DNA of 42,954 nt from Nemertoderma westbladi (Eukaryota; Animalia; Xenacoelomorpha), in contig JAUCBJ010008364.1 in NCBI GenBank assembly GCA_032718475.1, positions 1 to 42,954 of the forward strand. The letters run 5' to 3'. Both the position numbers and the translations under genes were made by a program. The notes under the pieces were generated by a model. It searched no databases and was not told where the DNA came from. It was given only the letters and a program-made list of their open reading frames with translations. Numbering within the stretch: position 1 is the stretch's first letter; each line of letters starts with the position of its first letter. This document shows positions 25,261 to 37,449 of the stretch, piece by piece.

Positions 25261-25745
25261 AGGCCGCTAACCATTATAGTTTGCGAATGTTCGCTTACAT
25301 AGCGTTTGTTTGGCGTTTTAAAAATTATGAAACTTGTTTTTTTTATATTTAACGATAAGCGATTAATCTGAAACCATTTAGATTATTAAATTAAATACAG
25401 TAATTAAATATATATAAAACAGTTAATTATTATTATTATTATTATTATTATTAAACAATTAATAAAAATAAAACAGTTTGATCAGTAGGCCCTATCTATT
25501 ACTTAATGAATTAAATGCAGTAGTAACTACACGTACACTATACACTATTATATATTATTTACCAGTTCCTTATTTTAGTGTTTAATATGTAAATTGTTTT
25601 ATATTGTTAATCTGGAAAAAAATATCAATCAATCAATCAATCAATTGGACAGCCCGATTTACTTAAAACAATGTAAAATAAATTACCGGTGAATTAGGAT
25701 TTATGTACTGTATATAGGCCTATTAAGTAATGTGCGTGCAGTATG

Positions 25746-25790
25746 TATAAAAGTCAATCAATCAACCCACACAGCACAACAGTCAGTACA
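25746..25790 (+). promoter_or_regulatory. Candidate TATA box and Inr of TRIM copy 1 (paralog at 29986-30030)
   Basis: TATAAAAG at 25746 and TCAGT at 25783, ~130 bp upstream of the ATG. AATAAA lies at 28507 and 35212, downstream of each copy. Confidence 0.4.
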
Positions 25791-25876
25791 ACACAACACA
25801 GACAGTGAGCTGATCAGTACACAGCAGTAGGCAGGTAGGCCTACTATGTACTACCGGTATCTGATCTGATCTGATA

Positions 25877-28351
25877 ATGGAACAAGAACAATTACTGGAA
25901 CGAGAGTTGGAATGTTCTATTTGTCTACGATTATTGGAGAAGCCGCGAGTGTTGAAGTGTTCTCACTCGTTTTGCTTCAAATGTATCGCTAAAGTTTCTA
26001 AACAACTCGGTGATGGACTATCGATAGAATGTCCGCGGTGTCGGAATCCCACCGAAGTGAAGAAACTCGAATCGTTGCCGGTCGTCAATCATATTATATC
26101 TTCAATGATCGATTTGATTCGCAAAGATAAGATATGTGGGGGATGTCGAAAAAGTAAAGGAACGAATCCCTGTGAAGATTGCGGGACAGAATTGTGCCGA
26201 CCGTGTGAACTCTTCCATGTCTGTGATGATGTTAGCCAAACTGATTCGGCAGCAGCGGGTGGACAGACAGGGTGCAGCTTTGATGACATTGAGCTGGAAA
26301 AACAAGGAGCAGTTGGTGGATCTAAAGAACCGGATCCGGATCTGTGTGGACACCACGGTCTAAACAAACGCCATTATTGCGAGAAATGCGAATCTCTTGT
26401 ATGCCGTCAATGCCATTCAGTTGACGGTGTTTCTAAAGATCACGAGATTTTGTATTCAAACGAAGTCTGTCAAACAATCCGAGGAAACTTAGTAGACGGT
26501 CCGTGGAAGTTGAGGTCGCGATTGGAGAATAAACTAACAGTGTTGGAAGGAATTCTGGAGGATTTAGCCGACGTCACTGAAGTTTCCTCCGACGACGTCC
26601 GCAAACACTTCCAATGTTTATACAACGAATTAAAGGCGGCTGAAGATGCGATGATGAAGGAGATTGGGGATCTAAAAACCGAAACGGCGGGTAAAATATC
26701 CGCAGCAAAAGAAAATCTCGCTGATATTGGAATTCCTGAAGAAAACGAATATTATAAGAAGATAAAGAATTCCGAGTTGATCAAAGAAATACCGGAAGCC
26801 AAGAAGATCCTAAAGAAATACAAAGAAATCGAGCAGCGGATCTCTGAGGTTGAACTTGTTGCGGTGCCGGAAATACGTTTCGTTCCAGTCGAGTTACCAG
26901 AGGGGTTGGGAGGGTTTATCGGTCGTGTTTGTGTCGTAAATAAAGGGGATTTAGGAGAGAAGGGGAGGGATCCAGAGGAGATGGAGAAGGTGAGGGATCC
27001 AGGGGGGCTGGGGAAGGTGGGGGATCCAGTGGTTCTGGTGAAGGTGGGGGATCCAGTGGAGGTAGAGAAGGTAGATGATCCAGTGGGGATGGGGAAGGTG
27101 GGGGATCCAGTGGGTCTGGTGAAGGTGGGGGATCCAGTGGGGCTTAGGAAGGTGGGAGATTCAGGGGAGCTGGAGAAGGTGGAGGATCCAGTGGGGGTGG
27201 ATAATGTGGGGGATGCAGTGGGTCTGGTGGAGGTGGGGGATCCAGGGGAGCTGGAGAAGGTGGAGGATCCATTTGGGCCGGAGAAGGTGGGGGATCCAGA
27301 TCCAGTGGGGACGGAGAAGGTGTGGAATCCAGTGGAGCTAGGAGTGGTTGGGGATCCAATGGAGCTGGATAATGTGGGGGAGCTGGTGAAGGTGGGGGAT
27401 CCAGTGGGGGTTGAAATGGAGAGGCGATTTGATCTCCTCCAATACGAGAAAGTTTTACTAAAACGTCCGACTCTAAAGGAAACTTGTCGGATCGATTGTC
27501 GGAGAATGGGAATCGGTAAAGTCGGCCCGATTGGTTGTTATGGCGGGAGGATCCTGGGGATAACCGACTCCGTAACCAACAGGATCTGTTTCTATAACGT
27601 CAACGACGACGATTCTTTATCTCCACACGGAGAACCACTAGGGGTAAAAAGCGACTGCAACGCCGCAAAGAAACCGATTCTATTCTTGGAGAGTCTCAGA
27701 GATACAATCTGGATCGCCGCGACGGATGTTTGTCTGTTTCTTATAGATACAAAGGCGGTTGGAGAGAAAGTCCGACATTGTTGTCTGGGTAACGAGAGAC
27801 ACCTCGGTAGACCTATAGGATCTATAACTGGGGTGTCGCGGTATTTGGATCCTTATGTAATTACTGAATATAATTACATAATTACATTGAACACAAACGA
27901 TTGTTCAATTAGTTGGATTTACCGTGTCGATCAACCCGGGAGACTTCTTTGTACCGGTTGGTACGGCTAAACCACATTAACCGCCTTTCTATTCCAACCC
28001 AACGAACGGAAGATATGCGAATGCTTCTATAACGTTCGCGGCTCCAACCCCAACGTTACCCTCGTATTGGATATAACGCTAAACGTTCTAGATTGCGGTA
28101 AATCCGTCCCTATCGGGGGAGTGAAGCCGCTGGCTGTGCAGTGGCTGTACCAAGGCGTATCGTATTACTTAGTTCCTTTAGAAGAAGATGATAAACAATA
28201 TGTCGGTGTTTATCGTCTGGTTGATGATGGAAGTAAAGTATCCCGATTGGGTGCGGTGCCGGTAGACGGGTTCGGTGGGTTGGCTGTAGCCAATAAAGGA
28301 TTATTTGTTTACGAAACTGTCCGTAACTGTTTGGTTTATATTAAACTCTAA
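25877..28351 (+). pseudogene. Intronless TRIM/RBCC E3 ligase-like gene, copy 1; premature TAA at 27968-27970 (697-aa product instead of ~824 aa)
   Basis: RING CSIC...CSHSFCFKC...CPRC, B-box-like CGGC...CEDC...CRPC...H and CGHH...CEKC...CRQC...H, a helical coiled coil and a beta-rich C-terminus. ORF 28067-28351 is in the same frame. The paralog has TAC at the stop position. Confidence 0.85.
26968..27412 (+). repeat. Coding 27-bp minisatellite (9-aa DPVGLxKVG), about 16 units
   Basis: GGATCCAGTGGGxxTGGxGAAGGTGGG repeats. Only about 4 units in copy 2 (about 34017-34130). Confidence 0.9.
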
Positions 28352-30124
28352 CTCAATCAGCTCCACTTATACTTTTAGGTTTAACTAACTAACTATTACC
28401 GGTTTGTATTTCTTTACTAAAACATATTTAGTTACATTATATATCAACTTATCGGCGCTCTGATGGTATCCTCCTAACGCTGTAAAGTAATCAATAACTT
28501 AGAATCAATAAACTTCTAGAACACACCTTGAGTTTTCTCCATTGTTCTAACTTGTAAGATAACCAAACTAGTCCGGCAGCCACAATGGTATACCGAAACT
28601 TTTTGGACGGATTTAATTTTTTTGATGTTTTGAGTTCTATAGGTCCCACTTAATGAGGAAATGGCGATTATAACATTTTTGACTTTGGCCATTTTGAAAT
28701 AACGACCTAGTTGCTAAGGACCACATAACCCTACTTTAAGGCATAGCAACTGCAATACAGCATGTCATAATGGATTAAAATCTTCTACAAAGTCAATTTA
28801 GTTAATTTACGAAATAATGACAATCTTTTTCGTCTGATTTTTAGATCCTGTTGCTATGGAGACGGAATTAAAGTTTAGTGTTGCGATTTCAATCGCCTTT
28901 AATTATACCATTATTTACAAGAATATGCAGGAAAGTTAGATAAATTATGTTTATTTTATTAGCGTGGCCTTTCTGTAACTTTAGACAAGGTTAAGAATCG
29001 AAATTGGGCTGATATTTATTTCCTAACCTGACATTGTTAGAGTGTTAACATAATTATTAAAGACAACAAATTTCAGCGATTATAACATTTAGGTAATGTT
29101 TCTACGGTAACTATATTTGTTATTTCCAGTTTAGCTCCTTTCTACTGTACTGTTGTGCATCTCTTTTTATTGTACCCGTTTCATAAATCGATACCGTAAG
29201 GGATAGTACAGAAAAAGTACAGAAGTAGCTTAGCAAAGTAGATTAGAGTGGATTTTACTGTATGTTCGTGTGTTCCATATTTCAAAAGTACGATATAATA
29301 ATATTTATATATACCAAATTTTGAGTTGGGTTCTACTTTGGGTCACAGTTCCGTATAACACTACATTTTTATAACATAAACCATTGTTACCATGTTTCAA
29401 GATATTTATATTTAACTATATAAATATTTAAACTGTATGATTTAATCAACAGGGTAGGTTGCTGTTATTTCTTTATTATTTCCATGAATGGATTTCTTCC
29501 ATCTTTTCATTTACTCTTTTCAATTCCAGTTATTGTTTAGTGAGAGAATTTTAATCATTTTTTAGATCGTCACTATCAAATGGTACAGCTCTAAGAATAT
29601 TTTTAAACTTTTAATTAGTTTAATCATAAATCGTGCTGATTAGACAAGCCCGATATCATAGACGTTCACTACACAGCAACACTATTTTCAGTTACATTTT
29701 TATTTACTTTCAGTTTGATCAGTAGGTCCTATCTATTACTTAATGAATTAAATACAGTAGTAACTACACGTACACTATACACTATTATATATTATTTACC
29801 AGTTCCTTATTTTAGTGTTTAGTATGTAAATTGTTTTATATTGTTAATCTGGAAAAAAATATCAATCAATCAATCAATCAATTGGACAGCCCGATTTACT
29901 TAAAACAATGTAAAATAAATTACCGGTGAATTAGGATTTATGTATATAGGCCTATAGGCCTATTCAGTAATGTGCGTGCAGTATGTATAAAAGTCAATCA
30001 ATCAACCCACACAGCACAACAGTCAGTACAACACAACACAGACAGTGAGCTGATCAGTACACAGCAGTAGGCTGGTAGGCCTACTACAGTACTATGTACT
30101 ACCGGTATCTGATCTGATCTGATA

Positions 30125-33100
30125 ATGGAACAAGAACAATTACTGGAACGAGAGTTGGAATGTTCTATTTGTCTACGATTATTGGAGAAGCCGCGAGTGT
30201 TGAAGTGTTGGCCATATACTGGTATTTGGTCCGCGGACCAAATACTTTTTCGGGGGGTCTGGGGGTGGCAATGTTATTAAACCTTCTGACCTTACAGCAA
30301 AGACTACCTGCTTGTACACTTACTGTAATTAATCTCGTCCACATAACTCTCAGGACCTGTAATTAATGATTTGATCCAGCTAAAAATTAGTAGTACTGAA
30401 CATGACTAGCTAGAGCCAGATGAACTGTACCTACAGTACTTCAATGCCAGCTGTTTGGTCTTCCAATCGGCCAATACCACATCTGATTACCTCAACACAC
30501 CACTGAATGAAATCAATTAATGAAGCCGTATTGAAACACGAAAAGTATTTGGTCCATTACAGTACAATCCGTATGACTTACAACCAACTGATTGCTTAAG
30601 ACCGGACCAAATACCAGGAGTATGTATATACTACCGATAGTTGGTCCGCTCCTATAGGCTTCCATTACAAATTTTACATTGAAAAGCATTAGACCGGACC
30701 AAATACCAGTAGTATATATAGGCAATCACTTATTTCTAAATCATTTAACAACAGTGTTGTGTTTGTTCTGGGGAAGTTCCCCCGGGAAAAGGGTTTCTTT
30801 GGGGGCCAAATCAGAAAAAATGGGGCTTGGAATGTTTTGGGGTTGGTGTTTAAAAATCCAATAGCTCGGGTATTTAATTATCCCATAGTGCGGACCAAAT
30901 ACCAGGAGTATGATATACTACCGATAGTTGGTCCGCTCCTATAGGCTTCCATTACAAATTTTACATTGAAAAGCATTAGGCCGGACCAAATACCAGTAGT
31001 ATATATATAGGCAATCACTTATTACTAAATCATTTAGCAACAGTGTTGTGTTTGTTCTGGGGGAAGTTCCCCCGGGAAAAGGGTTTCTTTGGGGGCCAAA
31101 TCAGAAAAAATGGGGCTTGGAATGTTTTGGGGTTGGTGTTTAAAAATCCAATAGCTCGGGTATTTAATTATCCCATAGTGCGGACCAAATACCAGGAGTA
31201 TGATATACTACCGATAGTTGGTCCGCTCCTATAGGCTTCCATTACAAATTTTACATTGAAAAGCATTAGGCCGGACCAAATACCAGTAGTATATATATAG
31301 GCAATCACTTATTGCTAAATCATTTAGCAACAGTGTTGTGTTTGTTCTGGGGGAAGTTCCCCCGGGAAAAGGGTTTCTTTGGGGGCCAAATCAGAAAAAA
31401 TGGGGCTTGGAATGTTTTGGGGTTGGTGTTTAAAAATCCAATAGCTCGGGTATTTAATTATCCCATAGTGCGGACCAAATACCAGGAGTATGATATACTA
31501 CCGATAGTTGGTCCGCTCCTATAGGCTTCCATTACAAATTTTACATTGAAAAGCATTACGCCGGAACAAATACCAGTAGTATATATATAGGCAATCACTT
31601 ATTTCGAAATAATTCAGCAACAGTATTGTGTTTGTTCTGGGGCAAGTTCCCCTGAGAAAAGGGTTTCTTTGGGGGCCACATCAGAAAAAATGGGGTTTGG
31701 AATGTTTTGGGGTTGGTGTTTAAAAATCCAGTATCTATTACTTTTTTATTGTCGGACTCGGAAGCAGTAGTTTAGCCTTTTGATAGCAACCCAATTCCGC
31801 TAGGTAAGAAAATGTTAGGTAGAGTACATTATATTGTCTTATAATCTATGCTTCCGATTCTTTTAATTAAGCCGCCCCTTTCACACCTGATCTAACAACA
31901 AGTTAGGACGGCAGCATACAGGTATACTGTATACAGAGGTCATCAAGCTTGTTCATGATTAGTCATGAACAATTACATACTGTAGACGGCCCTCCCATCA
32001 ATGAAGGGTATATTTTATTACCATACAGCCATATGGCAGTATGGTCAAATACAGAAATATACATACGACTAATCTTTAATGAGTCAGCAGATTTACACAT
32101 CACCTAACATGTTAGATCGGGTACAGTACAGCAAACCAGCTGGCACACAAACATTTAATGTTGGACGTCGCATCAATATCTGTTTAATGAATACCAACCT
32201 ATAATTATTCTTTGGGTTTATTGTATAGCCATCAAAACTATCGTCCCTTTTCCATAAATGGTGGTCTACCGCTACCGTATATATTGTTATATTCCAAATT
32301 TGAACCAAAGTTACACGACTAGATCTATTCTTTGATTCATCACATTTAAGCATTTATACATGACCTTAAAACATGATAGGTCGGGTACAGTACTAGTACA
32401 TCAGAACAGCTGGTACATGAACATGTTATTTCGGGTATATTAGACGGGATGGAGGGGGGTTCAGCGGATCGGCTCAAACTAAGATTTATGATGAGTTGCA
32501 ACTGGCCACTCTACAGTACAACCACATGGTCACTACTGTTAATTAACACTTCATCTAATCTGCTAATAACGTTAGGTATGGTACAGTACACATATGTCAT
32601 AGGGCTGGCTTACTAATATTTATATTACACAGCTCTTCACATCAATGTAGGGTATATTATATTAACACATACATGTTATGTTGGGAAAGGGGGGGGGGGG
32701 GGGGTAATTCATCATACATCATCTGATTTATTCACAGGTTATTGTTAGGTCTTAGGTCCGGTACAGTAAAGCTGTAGAATTTTAAAACAATAGCTGATTT
32801 ACATTTATAGTTGTAATTTATAAATATTCTAACATCTATCTCTGTATCTATCAGTCTATAGTCTGATAGTGGGCAAAGAACATATACAGTATATTTCTGT
32901 ATTTAATTGTACATGATTATATTATACAAAAAGCTATTATGTCGATGTACTGTTAATATTACATAACTAAAATCTGCAATTTGGGTACCTCGGTCCGCGG
33001 TCCAGAAGGCAGTATAATGCCGAAGTGTTCTCACTCGTTTTGCTTCAAATGTATCGCTAAAGTTTCTAAACAACTCGGTGATGGACTATCGATAGAATGT

Positions 33101-35056
33101 CCGCGGTGTAGGAATCCCACCGAGGTGAAGAAACTCGAATCGTTGCCGGTCGTCAATCATATTATATCTTCAATGATCGATTTGATTCGCAAAGATAAGA
33201 TATGTGAGGGATGTCGAAAAAGTAAAGGAACGAATCCCTGTGAAGATTGCGGGACAGAATTGTGCCGACCGTGTGAACTCTTCCATGTCTGTGGTGATGT
33301 TAACCAAACTGATTCGGCAGCAGCGGGTGGACAGACAGGGTGCAGCTTTGATGACATTGAGCTGGAAAAACAAGGAGCAGTTGGTGGATCTAAAGAACCG
33401 GATCCGGATCTGTGTGGAATCCACGGTCGAAACAAACGCCATTATTGCGAGAAATGCGAATCTCTGGTATGCCGTCAATGCCATTCAGTTGACGGTATTT
33501 CTAAAGATCACGAGATTTTGTATTCAAACGAAGTCTGTCAAACAATCCGAGGAAACTTAGTAGACGGTCCGTGGAAATTGAGGTCGCGATTGGAGAATAA
33601 ACTAACAGTGTTGGAAGGAATTCTGGAGGATTTAGACGACGTCACTGAAGTTTCCACCGACGACGTCCGCAAACACTTCCAATGTTTATACAACGAATTA
33701 AAGGCGGCTGAAGATGCGATGATGAAGGAGATTGGGGATCTAAAAACCGAAACGGCGGGTAAAATATCCGCAGCAAAAGAAAATCTCGCTGATATTGGAA
33801 TTCCTGAAGAGAACGAATATTATAAGAAGATAAATAATTCTGAGTTGATCAAAGAAATACCGGAAGCCAAGAAGATCCTAAAGAAATACAAAGAAATTGA
33901 GCAGCGGATCTCTGAGGTTGAACTTGTTGCGGTGCCGGAAGTACGTTTCGTTCCAGTCAAGTTACCAGAGTGGTTGGGAGGGTTTATCGGTCGTGTTTGT
34001 GTCGTAAATAAAGGATGGGATCCAGAGGAGATGGAGAAGGTGGGGGATCCAGTGGGGCTGGGGAAGGTGGGGGTAGAGAAGCTGGAGGATTCAGGGAAAC
34101 TGAAGAAGGTGGGAGATCCAGTGGGGGTTGAAATGGAGAGGCGATTTGATCTCCTCCAATATGAGAAAGTTTTACTAAAACGTCCGACTCTAAAGGAAAC
34201 TTGTCGGATCGATTGTCGGAGAATGGGAATCGGTAAAGTCGGCCCGATTGGTGGTGGCGGGAGGATCCTGGGGATAACCGACTCCGTAACCGACAGGATC
34301 TGTTTCTATAACGTCAACGCCGATGATTCTTTATCTCTACGTGGAGAACCAGTGGGGGTAAAATGCGACTGCAAAGCTGCAAAGAAACCGATTATATTCT
34401 TGGAGGGTCGCAGTGATACAATCTGGATCGCCGCGACGGATGTTTGTCTGTTTCTTATAGATACAGAGGCAGTTGGAGGGAAAGTCCGACATCGTTGTCT
34501 GGGTAACGAGAGACACCTCGGTAGATCTCTAGGATCTATAACTGGGGTGTCACGGAATTGGGATCCTTATGTAATTGTAATTACTGAATATAATTACATA
34601 ATTCGATTTAACACAAACGATTGTTCGATTACTTGGATTTCCCGTGTCGATCAACCCGGGAGACTTCTTCGTACCGAATGGGTCCTCTACAACACATTAA
34701 CCGCCTTTCTTTTCCAACCCGACGAACGGAAGATATCCGTCTGCGACTATAACGTTCGCGACTCCAACCCCAACGTTACCCTCGTATTGGATATAACGCT
34801 AAACGTTCTAGATTGCGGTAAATCCGTCCCTATCGGGGGAGTGAAGTGGCTGTGCCAAGGCGGATTTTATTACTTAGTTCCTTTAGAAGAAGATGATAAA
34901 CAATATGTCGGTGTTTATGATTGGGTTGATGATGGAAGTAAAGTATCCCGATTGGGTGCGGTGCCGGTAGACGGGTTCAGTGGGTTGGCTGGAACCAATA
35001 AAGGATTATTTGTTTACGAAACTATCCGTAACTGTTTGGTTTATATTAAATACTAA
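30125..35056 (+). CDS. TRIM/RBCC gene copy 2, RING interrupted by a transposon; downstream frame open to the natural stop
   Basis: 30125-30209 encodes MEQEQLLERELECSICLRLLEKPRVLKC, identical to copy 1. The frame resumes at 33022 and is open to 35056. It is part of a tandem duplication (about 17308-29545 versus 29548-36245). Confidence 0.8.
30210..33021. mobile_element. Non-autonomous TIR DNA transposon, probably Merlin-like
   Basis: 8-bp TSD GAAGTGTT (30202-30209, 33022-33029). Imperfect ~30-bp TIRs GGCCATATACTGGTATTTGGTCCGCGGACC versus GGCATTATACTGCCTTCTGGACCGCGGACC. GG termini with an 8-bp TSD fit Merlin/IS1016; MULE is not excluded. No transposase ORF. Confidence 0.85.
30603..31730. repeat. 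About 290-bp tandem array, ~3.9 copies, inside the transposon
   Basis: CGGACCAAATACCAGGAGTATG at 30603, 30891, 31181 and 31471. Confidence 0.95.
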
Positions 35057-36791
35057 CCCAATCAGCTCCACTTATACTTTTAGGTTTAACTAACTAACTA
35101 ATACCGGTTTGTATATCTTTACTAAAACATATTTTGTTACATTATATATCAACTTATCGGCGCTCTGATGGTATCCTCCTAACGCTGTAAAGTAATCAAT
35201 AACTTAGAATTAATAAACTTCTAGAACACATCTTGAGTTTTCTCCATTGTTCTAACTTGTAAGATAACCAAACTAGTCCGGCAGCCACAAAGGAAAGGTA
35301 TACCGAAACTTTTTGGACGGATTTAATTGTTTTGATGTTTTGAGTTCTATAGATCCCACTTAATGAGGAAATGGCGATTATAACATTTTTGACTTTGGGC
35401 ATTTTGAAATAACGACCTAGTTGCTAAGGACCACATAACCCTACTTTAAGGCATAGCAACTGCAATACAGCATATCATAATGGATTAAAATCTTCTACAA
35501 AGTCAATTTAGTTCATTTACGAAATAATGACAATCTTTTTCGTCTGATTTTTAGATCCTGTTGCTATGGAGACGGAATTAAAGTTTAGTGTTGCGATTTC
35601 AATCGCCTTTAATTATACCATTAGTTACAAGAATATGCAGGAAAGTTAGATAAATTATGTTAATTTTATTAGCGTGGCCTTTCTGTAACTTTAGACAAGG
35701 TTAAGAATCGAAATTGGGCTGATATTTATTTCCTAACCTGACATTGTTAGAGTGTTAACATAATTATTAAAGACAACAAATTTCAGCGATTATAACATTT
35801 AGGTAATGTTTCTACGGTAACTATATTTGTTATTTCCAGTTTAGCTCCTTTTAACTGTACTGATGTGCATCTCTTTTTATTGTACCCGTTTCATAAATCG
35901 ATACCGTAAGGGATAGTACAGAAAAAGTACAGAAGTAGCTTAGCAAAGTAGATTAGAGTGGATTTTACTGTATGTTCTTGTGTTCAAAAGTACGATATAA
36001 TAATATTTATATATACCAAATTTTGAGTTGGGTACTACTTTGGGTCACAGTTCCGTATAACACTACATTTTTATAACATAAACCATTGTTACCATGTTTC
36101 AAGATATTTATATTTAACTATATAAATATTTAAACAGTATGATTTAATCAACAGGGTAGGTTGCTGTTATTTCTTTATTATCTCCATGAATGGATTTCTT
36201 CCATCTTTTAATTTACTCTTTTTCAATTCCAGTTATTGTTTAGTGACAGTTTTTTACTTTGCAAGTAACAAAATATTCTAGAATGTCATACTGCATCTTT
36301 TATTTTTTGAAAAAAATAAAACTGCGCTTAAAAATAGCTAGTAAATTTTTTTTAAAACACTAGCTAGACAAAAAATACTAGATACCATAAAAAAATTAAT
36401 ATATTTTTTTGGCCGCTTTTTGGGATATGTTCTAGAACATTGTCATATGCAAAAAAACTGCTTAAAAATAGCTAGTAAAAAAATATGTAGATAGTATGTG
36501 TACCCATAAACGCTATTTTTTTTTGTAGTAGCTAGTTCTTGAAGTTGCTTTTTCAAAAAATAATAGCTAACTTGCAAAATCGCTAGCTAGCATTGAAATC
36601 GGTAGCGTTTAATGTTTATAGGCAAGGGCGTACCGAAGTATATTTAACATATACTGTATATATTCATTCATCAATTAAATATATCGTTGAGATCCTGACA
36701 TCTATAATTTTAAAATTTTGATTCACATATCCGCTGCTTATTGTTGGCTGAACTAAATGCAGAAATGGGCTTCAATAAATGAGATACATAC

Positions 36792-37319
36792 TGTTAGCTT
36801 ATCCAATTCCGCTAACACAAACCCATAGAGTGAGCCATAAAGCAATATTGGGAGCCTATTGTCAGCCCAGTAAACGGGGACAATAGGCCCCAAAGGAGAC
36901 ACACACAATAAGGGTCAGGGGTTACTCCCCTGACAAGAGAGAGAACAGCAAGGGCGAAGGGAAACACTCGGGGGGGCAAAGGGTGCCAACAGGGGTATCA
37001 ACCAATCAGAGGGGGGAATGGCATCGATTGAGTAGCAATAAGGCCACCGTGCAATATAACCAGTAACCTGTAATCATACCGGTCAGTCTCAGTTTACTCA
37101 GTCAGATCAGTAGGGTGGAACGGGGACTTCTGTCACCGTCCGCTACCGCCATCATACATACTTATATTACCTGTTGTGTCATACTATACTACATATATAT
37201 CAGACTATTATACCTTATACATATAACCGGACACCAGAACTCTTTTACCTTTCACACACGGCGGGGACGCGTGGATAGAAAACCCAACGGATAAACCGGG
37301 ATCCGTAGATCCCGTCACA
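36792..37319 (+). mobile_element. Candidate 5' LTR of the BEL/Pao element
   Basis: TGT...ACA ends, CCAAT at about 37002, TATA-like AATATAA at about 37053 and TCAGT repeats at about 37083. Directly upstream of the gag-like ORFs. Confidence 0.45.
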
Positions 37320-37449
37320 GTGACAGAACTAGATCCGCCCAGCTGCCCTGACAGAGATAGAATCCTAGCAGCTGCCCTAACAGTCTGACAGTGATAGAAC
37401 TAGATCTAACCAACTGACAGACTGTGGCTGCCAGCTACCAAAGGCGAAG

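Larger units (their letters stand above)
17692..25473 (-). mobile_element. Composite insertion: 5'-truncated L2/CR1-like LINE with nested, duplicated material
   Basis: Flanked by the 28-bp direct repeat CAGTTTGATCAGTA(A/G)GCCCTATCTATTA (17664-17691, 25474-25501). The paralogous site at 29711-29738 has a single copy. A-rich minus-strand tail at the left end and an RT C-terminus at the right end. Confidence 0.7.

Noticed and set aside
27968-27976. Programmed readthrough or selenocysteine at the TRIM copy 1 stop
   Set aside because: The codon is TAA followed by ACC, not TGA or a known leaky context. A point mutation from TAC is simpler.
30603-31730. 290-bp tandem units as retrozyme monomers or small repeated ORFs
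   Set aside because: No CUGANGA...GAAA hammerhead core seen on either strand. The 61-70 aa ORFs are by-products of the repeat.
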